A stretch of DNA of 64,000 nucleotides from an uncultured bacterium (lineage in GTDB: Bacteria; UBP6; UBA1177). The first letter of the stretch is position 1; the number at the start of each line of letters is the position of its first letter. The stretch is from positions 11,320-75,319 of the forward strand of contig CAJOFY010000020.1 in NCBI GenBank assembly GCA_905233945.1. The letters run 5' to 3'. Position numbers and translations under genes: made by a program. A model generated the notes under the pieces. The model saw only the letters and a program-made list of their open reading frames with translations, did not search any database and was not told the DNA's origin. Positions 52,642-62,312 of the stretch are shown here, piece by piece.

Positions 52642-54279
52642 ATGGCAACTTACGTTTACGGCGGAAAATTCCAGGGAATCCAAAGCTACATTTTTTCAAC
52701 GAACAGACTGAGGGAGAACATCGGTGCAAGCGAACTGCTGAACGAAATATGTACCGAAGATTTTCTTAAAGAAAAACTTACTTCTTTCGAAATCAAAGGT
52801 GATTACGAAATTGTGCAGAAAGCGGCAAGTACAATTAAAATCGTTTTCCGAGAACAAGACGATGCTAAAAAAATGAAACAGGAATTTCCCAAGGTCGCAC
52901 GTGACTTGGTTCCTGGAATAGAGTTTTCACAGACTTATATTGAGCAGAAAAGTGATGATCTGAAAAACATAGACAAAGAAGTCAGAGATAGTTTAGAAGA
53001 GGAACTGAATAAGGAAAAAAACCGTCCTGCAACACTTTATTATCCTAATCTGATGATCGTAAAAAGGGATAACCGCACAGGACTGCCGGTTCGCGCTGAA
53101 AAAAAATACAGAATAAATTATATCGATGATGATGGAAAACAAAAAGAGAAACCTGCAGATGAATCGACATACAAAAAAGATTCCAAAGCAAATGATGCTC
53201 ACCCGAAACTTGTGGAAAAACTTATCGGAGAAGGACGGGGCCAACTGATGCCTGTTGAAATTGAACGAATTTCAAATTCAAACAGTTTTATTGCTGTTGT
53301 TCACGCTGACGGAAACGGACTCGGTCAGATAATAAGCAATTTGGGAAAGAATGTTAATTCAAAATTGTTTTCCGAGACACTTGACGACTGTCTCGTCGGG
53401 GCAGCCGGAGATGCCTTCAGAGAAATAATAGAGAATAAATACAATGGTGACAAAAAAAATTATTATCCGTTCCGTCCGATGGTGCTTGGCGGAGACGACT
53501 TTAATTTTATCTGCAAGGCGGATGATGCCGTTGAGTTCACAAAGAAATTTATAACGCTGGTCGAGAAATATACCGAAACAAAGTTTGAACCTCTTTTTGG
53601 AGATACAAACGAACAAAATAAAAAAGTGTCAAAAATGACGGTTTGTGCCGGAATAGCTTTTGTTAAAGAGAATTATCCGCTGCATTTTGCCTACGAACTG
53701 GCGGAATCGCTGTGTGATCTTGCAAAGGACAAAGCAAAGGATCTGCGAAAGCAGGAAGTGGAAAGATTAAAAAAAGAAAATGCTGAAGCAAATAAAGATG
53801 CGATAAAGAAGGTTCTGATTCCTTCCTGTATCGCTTTCAGAAAGGAATTGGGCAGTTTTGCTGAGGATTTCGATAATATAAAAGAAAAGGACAAGAAATT
53901 TATTTTCGGACCTTATGCGGTTTCCGACAGCGGATACAAACTTCCTCAGATTGACAGTCTGGTTAAAGTTGCGGAAGTTTTGAAAGACAACAATCCTTTC
54001 AAATCGTTCCTCAGAAACTGGATGAGCGATGAACTGGTCAATCCGCATTCGGCTCAGCTTTTAAAAAAACGTTTCATGCAGGTCGCAAATGAGAAAAACG
54101 GTGGAGCATACGCAAAATTCTGCAATGCGTTGAATGAACTTGTTCCACAGGCAAACGCAGAAGACCTTACGCTTGAAAAGGACGGTGTTTCACCTGTTCT
54201 CGATATTCTGACTCTTATTTCCATTGCGGAAAAAACAGACCCGGACAGTAAGAAAGGAGGAGAAAATGATAACAATTAA
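52642..54279 (+). CDS. cas10: Cas10 (type III large subunit) lacking HD domain, cyclase GGDD motif intact
   Basis: N-terminus starts directly with palm-1 signature (YVYGGKFQGIQSYIFS..LRENIGAS, compare Cas10 GDxSGIQxFIF..LRGRS); palm-2 DxD (AVVHADGNGLG) and RPMVLGGDDFNF; no HD motif, no treble-clef CxxC pairs. Confidence 0.7.
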   Translation: MATYVYGGKFQGIQSYIFSTNRLRENIGASELLNEICTEDFLKEKLTSFEIKGDYEIVQKAASTIKIVFREQDDAKKMKQEFPKVARDLVPGIEFSQTYIEQKSDDLKNIDKEVRDSLEEELNKEKNRPATLYYPNLMIVKRDNRTGLPVRAEKKYRINYIDDDGKQKEKPADESTYKKDSKANDAHPKLVEKLIGEGRGQLMPVEIERISNSNSFIAVVHADGNGLGQIISNLGKNVNSKLFSETLDDCLVGAAGDAFREIIENKYNGDKKNYYPFRPMVLGGDDFNFICKADDAVEFTKKFITLVEKYTETKFEPLFGDTNEQNKKVSKMTVCAGIAFVKENYPLHFAYELAESLCDLAKDKAKDLRKQEVERLKKENAEANKDAIKKVLIPSCIAFRKELGSFAEDFDNIKEKDKKFIFGPYAVSDSGYKLPQIDSLVKVAEVLKDNNPFKSFLRNWMSDELVNPHSAQLLKKRFMQVANEKNGGAYAKFCNALNELVPQANAEDLTLEKDGVSPVLDILTLISIAEKTDPDSKKGGENDNN

Positions 54280-54799
54280 CTATAAAATCGAATTTTTTAC
54301 CGACTGGAACTGTTCCAGCGGTCTCACAGGAAACGCCGATATCGATATCGCGGCTCTGCGTGACAATGACGGATTTCCGTATGTTCCCGGCAAAACGGTA
54401 AAAGGACTTTTGAGAGATGCGGCAAGAAATCTGGGTGAAACCAGTGAAGAAAAAATTTTCGGTTCTCCAAACGAGAAAGTTGACGAAACCGAAATAGAAA
54501 AAGCATACTTCTCAAATGCCGAACTTAATGAAAATGTCCGGAAAGCATTGAAATACGACAATGAGAAAAAAGCGTGCCTTTTCCGCGAAATTGCATCTAC
54601 CGCCATTGGTTCTGACGGGGTGGCAAAAGACAATTCGCTCAGAAAAGTCGAAGTTGCTATTCCTCTTACACTTTTCGGCACAATCGAATGTGAGGAAATG
54701 CACAAAGATACGATTTCGAGATGCATGAAGTTCATAAAAAGGCTCGGTATGGAGAGAAACCGCGGTCTTGGAAGATGTGAAATGTCGGAGGTGAAATAA
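54266..54799 (+). CDS. cas7: Minimal Cas7 (Csm3-like RAMP)
   Basis: AGGAGG RBS; RAMP motifs SSGLTGNADIDI...DGFPYVPGKTVKGLLR and C-terminal Gly-rich loop GMERNRGLGRCE. Confidence 0.65.
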   Translation: MITINYKIEFFTDWNCSSGLTGNADIDIAALRDNDGFPYVPGKTVKGLLRDAARNLGETSEEKIFGSPNEKVDETEIEKAYFSNAELNENVRKALKYDNEKKACLFREIASTAIGSDGVAKDNSLRKVEVAIPLTLFGTIECEEMHKDTISRCMKFIKRLGMERNRGLGRCEMSEVK

Positions 54800-56331
54800 T
54801 GAGATACTGTTACAAAGTCACGCTTCTTGCCGATGTCGTAATGAGTTCGCTCAGCTCGACCGAAGTATCGGAATCGCTTGATTATCTCAGCGGTTCTGCA
54901 TTTATGGGGATCGCGGCAAATTATCTTTTCACAGAAAACAGAAAAAACGGAAAAAATTATGATGTTTTTGACGCTGTTTTTTCAGGGAAAATCCGTTTTC
55001 TGGATGCCCATCCGCTGATTGACGGTAAAAGAAGTTTCAAGATCCCGCTCTGCCTCCACAAACCGAAAGTAAAGGGCGCTGCGAAAAAATACCGTTTTGA
55101 AGGAAAACCGCTGGAGGAAGGTGAAAACAAGATCCAGATGAAGCAGGTACGCAAGGGTTTCTTCATCGCAGACGGCGGAACCTGGACAAAAGTCGAACCG
55201 GAACACCAGTACACGATGAAATCTTCATACGACAGCGAAACAAGACGTGCCCAGGACAACGCTCTTTTCGGCTACGACGCTCTTGTAAAAGGAAGCGAGT
55301 GGGTTTTTGTCATGGAATTCGACGATGAAAAGAAGGATATCGCCGAAGAACTTAATAAATTTTTCATTTCAAAAAACCACAGGATCGGAAAATCGAAGAC
55401 CAGCCAGTACGGAAATGTGGAAATCAAAAGAGACGATTCTCTTCTTTCTGACTGCGGGACCTATGAGGCGACAGAAAACAAATACAAAGTCTATGCCGAT
55501 TCGCGCCTCTGCTTCTTTGATGAAAACGGTCAGCCGACATTCCAGCCGACACCTGAGCAGCTCGGTTTCAAAGACGGAGAAATCCTCTGGAACGAAAGTT
55601 TTGTTAGAAAATATGTCTTTACTCCGAGAAACGCGACAAGAAACGCTTACGACGGCGATATCGCCTGCATAGACAAAGGAAGCGTGTTTACTGTCAAGTC
55701 CGAGACAGGTCACAACGGAAGAAAAGTTGTCGGTGAATATCAGTCGATAGGTCTCGGGCAGATAATCGTAAATCCGGAATTTCTGAAAGAACATCCGGAG
55801 CATTTGAAAGATGTTGATGAAAACGATACTAAACCGGCAGTTCAGTGCAACGGTCCTCTTGTTGCATGGCTTGAAAGTAAGCAGAAAGAGAAAGATGTGG
55901 AGCAGAAAATCGCTGAGCAGGTAAATGAGGCGCGTAAGCTTATTACATGGCTTGAAAGTAAGCAGAAAGAGAAAGATGTGGAGCAGAAAATCGCTGAAAA
56001 GGTGACTGCTGCTTTTGCAAGTATGCCGGTCGGCATTTCTCCGAGCCAGTGGGGAGTTTTGAGAGCAAAAGCAAGAATGGCACTTGTCGAACATACAGAT
56101 TGGGCAGACTTCGAATATGCCATTTTCTTGGCTGGAGATGCATATCTTAAAAAAGAGCGCCTGAATTCAAAATGGGGCACGGATAAAGTTAAAAAACTCC
56201 ACAGTGTTTGTAAGAATGTTTGCGGTAATTCAACTTGGAACGATATTCAGAAACTCCGCTTTTTTGAGCTTCTGTGTGCGGCAGCAGCAAAAGAAGCAGC
56301 CAAAAAAACAAAAGATAATGGAGGCAAATAA
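54799..56331 (+). CDS. cas5: Cas5-group RAMP (Csm4/Csx10-like) with C-terminal extension containing a 27-aa tandem repeat
   Basis: N-terminal YLSGSAFMGIAANYL (RAMP G-loop variant), Csm4-like HRIGKSKTSQYGNVEI; coupled start (ATAATGA) with upstream gene. Confidence 0.55.
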   Translation: MRYCYKVTLLADVVMSSLSSTEVSESLDYLSGSAFMGIAANYLFTENRKNGKNYDVFDAVFSGKIRFLDAHPLIDGKRSFKIPLCLHKPKVKGAAKKYRFEGKPLEEGENKIQMKQVRKGFFIADGGTWTKVEPEHQYTMKSSYDSETRRAQDNALFGYDALVKGSEWVFVMEFDDEKKDIAEELNKFFISKNHRIGKSKTSQYGNVEIKRDDSLLSDCGTYEATENKYKVYADSRLCFFDENGQPTFQPTPEQLGFKDGEILWNESFVRKYVFTPRNATRNAYDGDIACIDKGSVFTVKSETGHNGRKVVGEYQSIGLGQIIVNPEFLKEHPEHLKDVDENDTKPAVQCNGPLVAWLESKQKEKDVEQKIAEQVNEARKLITWLESKQKEKDVEQKIAEKVTAAFASMPVGISPSQWGVLRAKARMALVEHTDWADFEYAIFLAGDAYLKKERLNSKWGTDKVKKLHSVCKNVCGNSTWNDIQKLRFFELLCAAAAKEAAKKTKDNGGK

Positions 56332-57800
56332 TGAAGAAATATCTGGCAAGAATCATATTCGAGGCTGAAACACCGCTCCATGTCGGCAGCGGCAGTTCAG
56401 ACCTTACCCTTGATGCGCCCATAAACTGCGATGCGAACGGACTTCCTCAGATAAACGGATCAAGCCTCGCAGGAATTCTGAGAAGTTCTTTCAGTGACGA
56501 CGAAAAAATCAGAGAAAAAATTTTCGGTTTTCAGAAAAAAGCAGCAGAAGAAGAAGGAAAAGGTGAAGGTTCAAGGCTTGTTGTCAGCAATGCACACCTG
56601 ATTTATGAAGGCGGCAGAGTTGTAGAAGGCCTGATAACCAACGATGAAATAACAAAAAGCAAATATCTCAAAGCGATGCAGGCTTACGCTCTTCCTCTGC
56701 GCGATCACTGCAGGATAAATGAAAAAGGTGCTGCAAAAGATCAGGGAAAATTCGACAACTGCGTCCTTCCGAAAGGTGTCAGATTTGTATGCGAGCTTGA
56801 ACTGACTGAAAATGACAAAGATCTTTCCGCTGACTGGGAAAATCTGCTTCAAGTTGTTTCAAGCGATACTTTCAGGGTCGGCGGCAAAGTTAGAAGCGGT
56901 CTCGGAAGACTGAAAGTTCATGAATGTTTCGAAAAACCTTTTGATTTTCAAAATCCTGATGCTGTCAAAGAATATCTTGAACACTCTTCCTCATTCAATA
57001 AAAAAACTGCATGGAAAACTGAACTCAAATCAGGCGGAAAGTCAGATAAATATTTGTGCTACACTCTCGAGATCCAGCCGGAGGATTTCTTCACTTTCGG
57101 CAGCGGATACGGAGATGAAGAAGTCGATATGACTCCGAAAAAAGAGATCGTTGTTAAGTGGGACGGTGACACTCCTGACATCAGTGAAGCAAAAATCCTT
57201 ATTCCTGCTTCTTCGATCAAGGGGGCGATTTCACACAGGACCGCTTTCTACTACAACAAACTGACAGAAAATTATGCTGAAAAATTTAAAGGTGTTAAAG
57301 AAGAAGATAAGCCGGTCGGTCCAAAAAACGAAGCTGTAAGAGCTCTTTTCGGTTATGACAAGCAAAAAGAGGCTGAATTTAAAAAGCCGGAAGTGCCTGC
57401 CGATAAGCAGGAGAAGGCTGAATCTGAAAAGCAGGAAACTCCCGCAGGCAAAGTGTTTTTTGACGACATGATAATTGAAGAAAATGCCGATGAGAAAGTT
57501 TTCAACCATGTTTCGATAGACAGATTCACAGGCGGTGCGATGAGCGGAGCTCTTTTTGACGAGAAAGTCTGCGGAACCAGCGTCGAAGTTGAACCTGATA
57601 AGTTCAAACCGCTGGAGATCGAACCTCTGAAGATTTATGTCAAAAAATCGGCTTTCGAAGGAAACGTCAATGTCAGAGAAGCTTTCGAAAATGCTCTTGA
57701 CGACATCTGCACCGGAATGCTTCCTCTCGGCGGCAGCACGATGCGCGGACACGGCTGTTTTACAGGAACTTTGAAAAAACCGGAGGATAACAATGAGTGA
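56331..57800 (+). CDS. cas7: Fused double-Cas7 RAMP (two Csm3/Csm5-like domains in one polypeptide)
   Basis: Domain 1: ETPLHVGSGSS...GLPQINGSSLAGILRS with G-loop VRSGLGRLKV; domain 2: ILIPASSIKGAISHRTAF with terminal G-loop LPLGGSTMRGHGCF. Confidence 0.6.
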   Translation: MKKYLARIIFEAETPLHVGSGSSDLTLDAPINCDANGLPQINGSSLAGILRSSFSDDEKIREKIFGFQKKAAEEEGKGEGSRLVVSNAHLIYEGGRVVEGLITNDEITKSKYLKAMQAYALPLRDHCRINEKGAAKDQGKFDNCVLPKGVRFVCELELTENDKDLSADWENLLQVVSSDTFRVGGKVRSGLGRLKVHECFEKPFDFQNPDAVKEYLEHSSSFNKKTAWKTELKSGGKSDKYLCYTLEIQPEDFFTFGSGYGDEEVDMTPKKEIVVKWDGDTPDISEAKILIPASSIKGAISHRTAFYYNKLTENYAEKFKGVKEEDKPVGPKNEAVRALFGYDKQKEAEFKKPEVPADKQEKAESEKQETPAGKVFFDDMIIEENADEKVFNHVSIDRFTGGAMSGALFDEKVCGTSVEVEPDKFKPLEIEPLKIYVKKSAFEGNVNVREAFENALDDICTGMLPLGGSTMRGHGCFTGTLKKPEDNNE

Positions 57801-58191
57801 AAATATTATAAAAAGAGAAATGGACCGCCAGCAGCTTAAAGAATTATGGAATGAACTGAAAGCTGAAGGGATGGACTGCGGCTACTACTGGCTTGACAAT
57901 GATGATCACCCGGAACTTTTTGAAAACGGAAATATGCCCGATTTTCCCGGCAACAGCCGTAACTTCATCGTCGAAAGCTGCTGGTACAAAAAGAACGAAA
58001 AGAGTGTCGAGATCCGTTTTGCAGGCGGAAAATACATCGTCACGACAGTTGATCTGACGAAAGAAAAACTTGAAATACCAAAAGAATACTTTGTCTCGAC
58101 GCAGAAAGAAGCGACAATCCTTTTCTCGGATATCATCAACGAAGAAGACGGTTCGATAAAAAAGATTGTTTTTGTTGGTTTCGGAAATTAG
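57793..58191 (+). CDS. Small uncharacterised cas-embedded protein (132 aa)
   Basis: Overlaps upstream stop; mixed alpha/beta, not obviously Cas11. Confidence 0.45.
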   Translation: MSENIIKREMDRQQLKELWNELKAEGMDCGYYWLDNDDHPELFENGNMPDFPGNSRNFIVESCWYKKNEKSVEIRFAGGKYIVTTVDLTKEKLEIPKEYFVSTQKEATILFSDIINEEDGSIKKIVFVGFGN

Positions 58192-58200
58192 GAGGCAGAA

Positions 58201-60537
58201 ATGGCATACGATAATGATCAGAACAGGAAAGGTTCAAATAGTTTCGGGAAAAATCCCACTATAAAATCACCGTATAATTTTGTACCTCTTTCAGAGACAG
58301 TCGTTTGCCCTGATTGGGCGGATGAAGTCAGCCATGACATTCCGTTTGAAGACGGCATCAGCGGAAAAATCGACCTCACAGTCACGCTTCAGAGCGATAC
58401 TTACATCAGAAACGGCGGGAATTGGAGTGAAGCAGATAAAAAAGACGACAAATCTAAATGCCAGAAATTCTTCACTGCAGCAGTAAACGGCGAAAAGAAA
58501 TACATTATTCCCGGAACATCGTTCAAAGGAATGATCCGCAATGTCCTTGAAATCGCAAGTTTCGGAAAGATGCAGAAAGTCAATGACGACAAGTATTCGA
58601 TAAGGGATCTGCATAACACAAGATATACCGGTGAACTGACTGAAAAAAGAGGCGGGATTATTTATCCTAAAACAAAGGCAGGATGGCTGTGTCTCGATGA
58701 AGGTTCCTATGAAGATGAAGGCGGAAGAAAGTGGCAGATAATTCCTTGTGATTATGCGAGGATAGAGCAGGAAGAACTTAGTCCTGATTTTGGCAGAAGA
58801 GGGACTAAAACACTCAAGGAAACTACTGAATTTAAGTATGAAAAATTCGGAGAAGACAAGCTCGAAGTAACTTTTCAACTCGATGAAAAAACAGAACATG
58901 ATGAGCATTCATGCGGAACAATATACTATAAAAAAGTAAAAAAAGACACTCTCAACAAGCCCGAGTCCGAGATGAAAGGAATTCTTGTTTTTACCGGCCA
59001 GCCAAGCAATCGAATTACTCAGGCAGAACGTAACAGCAATGAAAAACTAAAAAAACAACATCCTAAACACATGGAATTTGTTTTCTACGAATATGAAACT
59101 TCGAAAAAACCTCGATCTATTACAGCATCACAAAAAGAAAATTTCATATTTATAAATTCTGACAGCAATAAAAAACCTCTTCCGGAATGGGAATACTGGA
59201 CAAGAAATGAAGAACCGAAGGATAAAAATCTGAAAGAGAAAAAAGGTGACGGAGAATTGAAAGAGGGAAGAAAAGTCCCCGTTTTTTATCTCGAAGACAG
59301 CGAGGGAAATATAAAATCTTTCGGTCTTGCAATGATGTACAGACTGCCTTACGACAACTCTGTCGTGCAGACGATAGAACATACTTCAAGAGATCATTTT
59401 TCTTTTGATGCTTATAAAAAATACGAAAACAAGAACAAAGATAAAGACGATAAAAATAAAGACAAAGATGAATGGAAACCAGACTTGTCAGATCTCATAT
59501 TCGGTTACTCGAATAAGGAAAAATCCCTTAAAGGCAGAGTCCAGTTTTCGCATTTTATCAGTAAAGATAAGGTCGGAGAAATTGAGACTGTCGGTGAGAC
59601 GAAAACAACCGTTCTCGGAGGACCTAAAGCAAGTTATTATCCTAATTATCTGGAACAGCCGGATCTTAAAGCAGGATATAAACTGTTCTGGGATAAAGAT
59701 GCTAAAATCAGAGGTTGGAAGCGCTATCCTGCGCAGGGAATTGAAGCTTCATACCCGCCACCTCCTGAGATAAACGGAAAAGTGAATGAAGATGTTGCGA
59801 CAAAACTTATTCCGCTGAAAGCAGGTGCAGAATTTAAAGGTTCTGTCCGTTTCTTCAATCTTAAACATGAAGAACTCGGTGCTCTGCTCTGGGCTATTAC
59901 CTGGGATAAAGACAAGTACTGCCAGCACAATATCGGTATGGGAAAACCGCTCGGTCTCGGCAGAATCTCGATAGATATTACAGCACAAGTGATTACGGAA
60001 ACTTCAGAAACAATGGATGATTTCCTTGCAGAATTCAAGAAGTATATGAACGGTAAAGTTCCTAATTGGGAGAAGTCCGAACAGATAACAGAACTCAAGC
60101 GAATGGCGGACATCAGGTTCTGGAGTGACGAAGTAACGACATCTTATCCTATTCTTGATATGAACTGCAAACCTACCATCAACGAGTTTAATGATGCGAA
60201 AACAGCAATGGAAAAACTCGAGCGTTATTCTGAAATTGCAGACCGGCACGATGTCAAGGTAGAAACTCTGGAAGACAAGCTGAAAAAAGATGAAAAAAAG
60301 GCAAAAATTGCAGCAGCTTCCGAAGGTTTGGCTCCTGAACTCCAGAAAGTATTTGAATCACTGCGCAATTTAACGAAAGGCAAATTAAACAATAAGCTTA
60401 AAAACAATGAACTCACTGATAAAGGTAACGAACTCACCGAGAAAGAAGTCGCAGTGCTTAAAATTCAACCTCAGGATGCCTGGGAAAAATGGCAGTGGGA
60501 AGTTATAGATTCTCGTAGAAAAAATTGGGACAAATAA
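58201..60537 (+). CDS. cas7: Large Cas7-family RAMP (Csm5/Cmr6-like) with insertions and alpha-helical C-terminal tail (possible fused small subunit)
   Basis: GGAGG RBS; SPYNFVPL N-terminal motif, YIIPGTSFKGMIRNVLE, distal G-loop GMGKPLGLGRISI; final 180 aa Lys/Glu-rich helical. Confidence 0.6.
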   Translation: MAYDNDQNRKGSNSFGKNPTIKSPYNFVPLSETVVCPDWADEVSHDIPFEDGISGKIDLTVTLQSDTYIRNGGNWSEADKKDDKSKCQKFFTAAVNGEKKYIIPGTSFKGMIRNVLEIASFGKMQKVNDDKYSIRDLHNTRYTGELTEKRGGIIYPKTKAGWLCLDEGSYEDEGGRKWQIIPCDYARIEQEELSPDFGRRGTKTLKETTEFKYEKFGEDKLEVTFQLDEKTEHDEHSCGTIYYKKVKKDTLNKPESEMKGILVFTGQPSNRITQAERNSNEKLKKQHPKHMEFVFYEYETSKKPRSITASQKENFIFINSDSNKKPLPEWEYWTRNEEPKDKNLKEKKGDGELKEGRKVPVFYLEDSEGNIKSFGLAMMYRLPYDNSVVQTIEHTSRDHFSFDAYKKYENKNKDKDDKNKDKDEWKPDLSDLIFGYSNKEKSLKGRVQFSHFISKDKVGEIETVGETKTTVLGGPKASYYPNYLEQPDLKAGYKLFWDKDAKIRGWKRYPAQGIEASYPPPPEINGKVNEDVATKLIPLKAGAEFKGSVRFFNLKHEELGALLWAITWDKDKYCQHNIGMGKPLGLGRISIDITAQVITETSETMDDFLAEFKKYMNGKVPNWEKSEQITELKRMADIRFWSDEVTTSYPILDMNCKPTINEFNDAKTAMEKLERYSEIADRHDVKVETLEDKLKKDEKKAKIAAASEGLAPELQKVFESLRNLTKGKLNNKLKNNELTDKGNELTEKEVAVLKIQPQDAWEKWQWEVIDSRRKNWDK

Positions 60538-60539
60538 CT

Positions 60540-62312
60540 ATGACTCCGGCTTTCTATACTCTCAGAACTGCTTATTCCGCGCAGAAAAGAGGCGTGATCC
60601 TTCACGCTGTCCTGCAGGCGATAATGAAAGAGAGCTATATGGATGCTTTCCCCGGCATGGTCTGGAAAAATCTGGCTGTGCCGAACATTTTCTACCATGT
60701 CGAGGGAAGGCGTTTCAGCGATGTTCTGGAGGAAAAGGAGGTCTTTACTGTCTGCTACTTTTTCTGCGGAATTGACGAAGAAACAGTTGCAAAGTTCACC
60801 GATGCTCTGAAAAAGCGGATGGATGTGCCTGAAAACCAGCATTACTACAGGCTGGAAAAGGTGGCTCAGCCGGTTTTGAAAACGCTTGACGATCTTCGCA
60901 GAGAGTATGCCTTCATTCCTGAGAAGGGTGAGATCACGCTTGATCTATTGATGCCGCTTCCTTTCAACTCGGGCAAGGATACGGAAAAAACAGAGATCTC
61001 GAAAGAGCTCTTCAAAAAGCTGCTTTCGGGAAGGATGAAACGCCTTTTCGGCGATGATCTGCAGGGCGGGATCGATACCGATGCTTTCGAGATCACGACA
61101 GATTTAAGGCGCAAAACTCTGTGCACGCACCAAAAGAACGGCGTCTACGGGCAGAGGATACGCGGATGTATCGGCAAAATCACGCTAAAAGGCGATTTTT
61201 CATCTTTCCGTGATCTGCTGATCCTTGCGTGCGAACTGCACCTGGGGCCGGAACTTACGACTTCTCAGGGGTATTTCGTGCCGGAAAGAGGCGGAGAGCC
61301 TTCATCTGCGGATGATGATGAAACAGTGGCCGAACCTTACAAAAAGCCGCTCTACATCACGGCGATGAACTCTTTTCTCGGGGTGAGCGGAGGAACGATC
61401 GAGATTTACAGCGACCGAGAGCTGAAAAATTCATATCCGATGAACAGAATAGGCGAGGTCATCGTTCTGGAAAAGGCGATTTTCAGCACCGATTTTCTGA
61501 CGAAGTGCGCGGAACGCGGTATTCCGGTTTCGATTTCTCTCGGAAAATCGGCTGAATACGGCACGTTCACCAAGCCGGAAAAGAATCGCTACGAAGTTCT
61601 TAAAAGCCATATTCTGAAGTTTTCATCTCTTTCGGAAGAGGAAATCGTCAAAATTTCGAGAGATATAGCCGAAACGAAGACAAGAGCGTTCATAAGCATT
61701 TTCAAAAGAAGGTGGGAAAAAGGAACCGCAAGGATCCTGAAAAAGCTGGAAGCTGCGGCTGATTTGTTCGCAAAGGCTGAAACGATCGATGAAATACGCG
61801 GCTACGAAGGAATATCGAGCAGGCTGATATACGAGAAGATCCAGAATCTGATCCTGAATGAGGATTTCAGGTTCGAGAGGCGCGGCAGATACGAAAAAGA
61901 CTTTATGAACACGACTCTGAATTTCGTATATTCAAAGCTTTATCAAAGGGTCGTGCTTACGCTTAATGCGCTCGGACTGAATCCGTATCTGGGTTTCCTG
62001 CACAGTTCAAACGACCGCTACGAATCGCTTGCCTGTGACATTGAAGAGCTTTTCCGCGCACCGGTTTTCAACGCAGTAATCAATCTGATCAACCTGCAGC
62101 AGCTGAAAGCGTCCGATTTTGTTGAGACTGAAAAAGGAATCATTATCAAGCAAGGGGCGATCCGCACAATACTTGAGGTTTTTGAAAAAGAATTTCAAAA
62201 AATTAACCCGAAAAGCGGAAAAACGCTTGAATATGAGCTTTATAACCAGTGTGTGCTCATCAAAAACTGGGCACTCGGGAAATGTGAACTGAGCTGGTTC
62301 AGGTGGGAATGA
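60540..62312 (+). CDS. cas1: Cas6-Cas1 fusion protein
   Basis: N-terminal 260 aa with Cas6-like G-rich loop (ELHLGPELTTSQGYF); C-terminal Cas1 core (LYITAMNSFLGVSGGTIEIY ... RYESLACDIEELFRAPV). Confidence 0.65.
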   Translation: MTPAFYTLRTAYSAQKRGVILHAVLQAIMKESYMDAFPGMVWKNLAVPNIFYHVEGRRFSDVLEEKEVFTVCYFFCGIDEETVAKFTDALKKRMDVPENQHYYRLEKVAQPVLKTLDDLRREYAFIPEKGEITLDLLMPLPFNSGKDTEKTEISKELFKKLLSGRMKRLFGDDLQGGIDTDAFEITTDLRRKTLCTHQKNGVYGQRIRGCIGKITLKGDFSSFRDLLILACELHLGPELTTSQGYFVPERGGEPSSADDDETVAEPYKKPLYITAMNSFLGVSGGTIEIYSDRELKNSYPMNRIGEVIVLEKAIFSTDFLTKCAERGIPVSISLGKSAEYGTFTKPEKNRYEVLKSHILKFSSLSEEEIVKISRDIAETKTRAFISIFKRRWEKGTARILKKLEAAADLFAKAETIDEIRGYEGISSRLIYEKIQNLILNEDFRFERRGRYEKDFMNTTLNFVYSKLYQRVVLTLNALGLNPYLGFLHSSNDRYESLACDIEELFRAPVFNAVINLINLQQLKASDFVETEKGIIIKQGAIRTILEVFEKEFQKINPKSGKTLEYELYNQCVLIKNWALGKCELSWFRWE

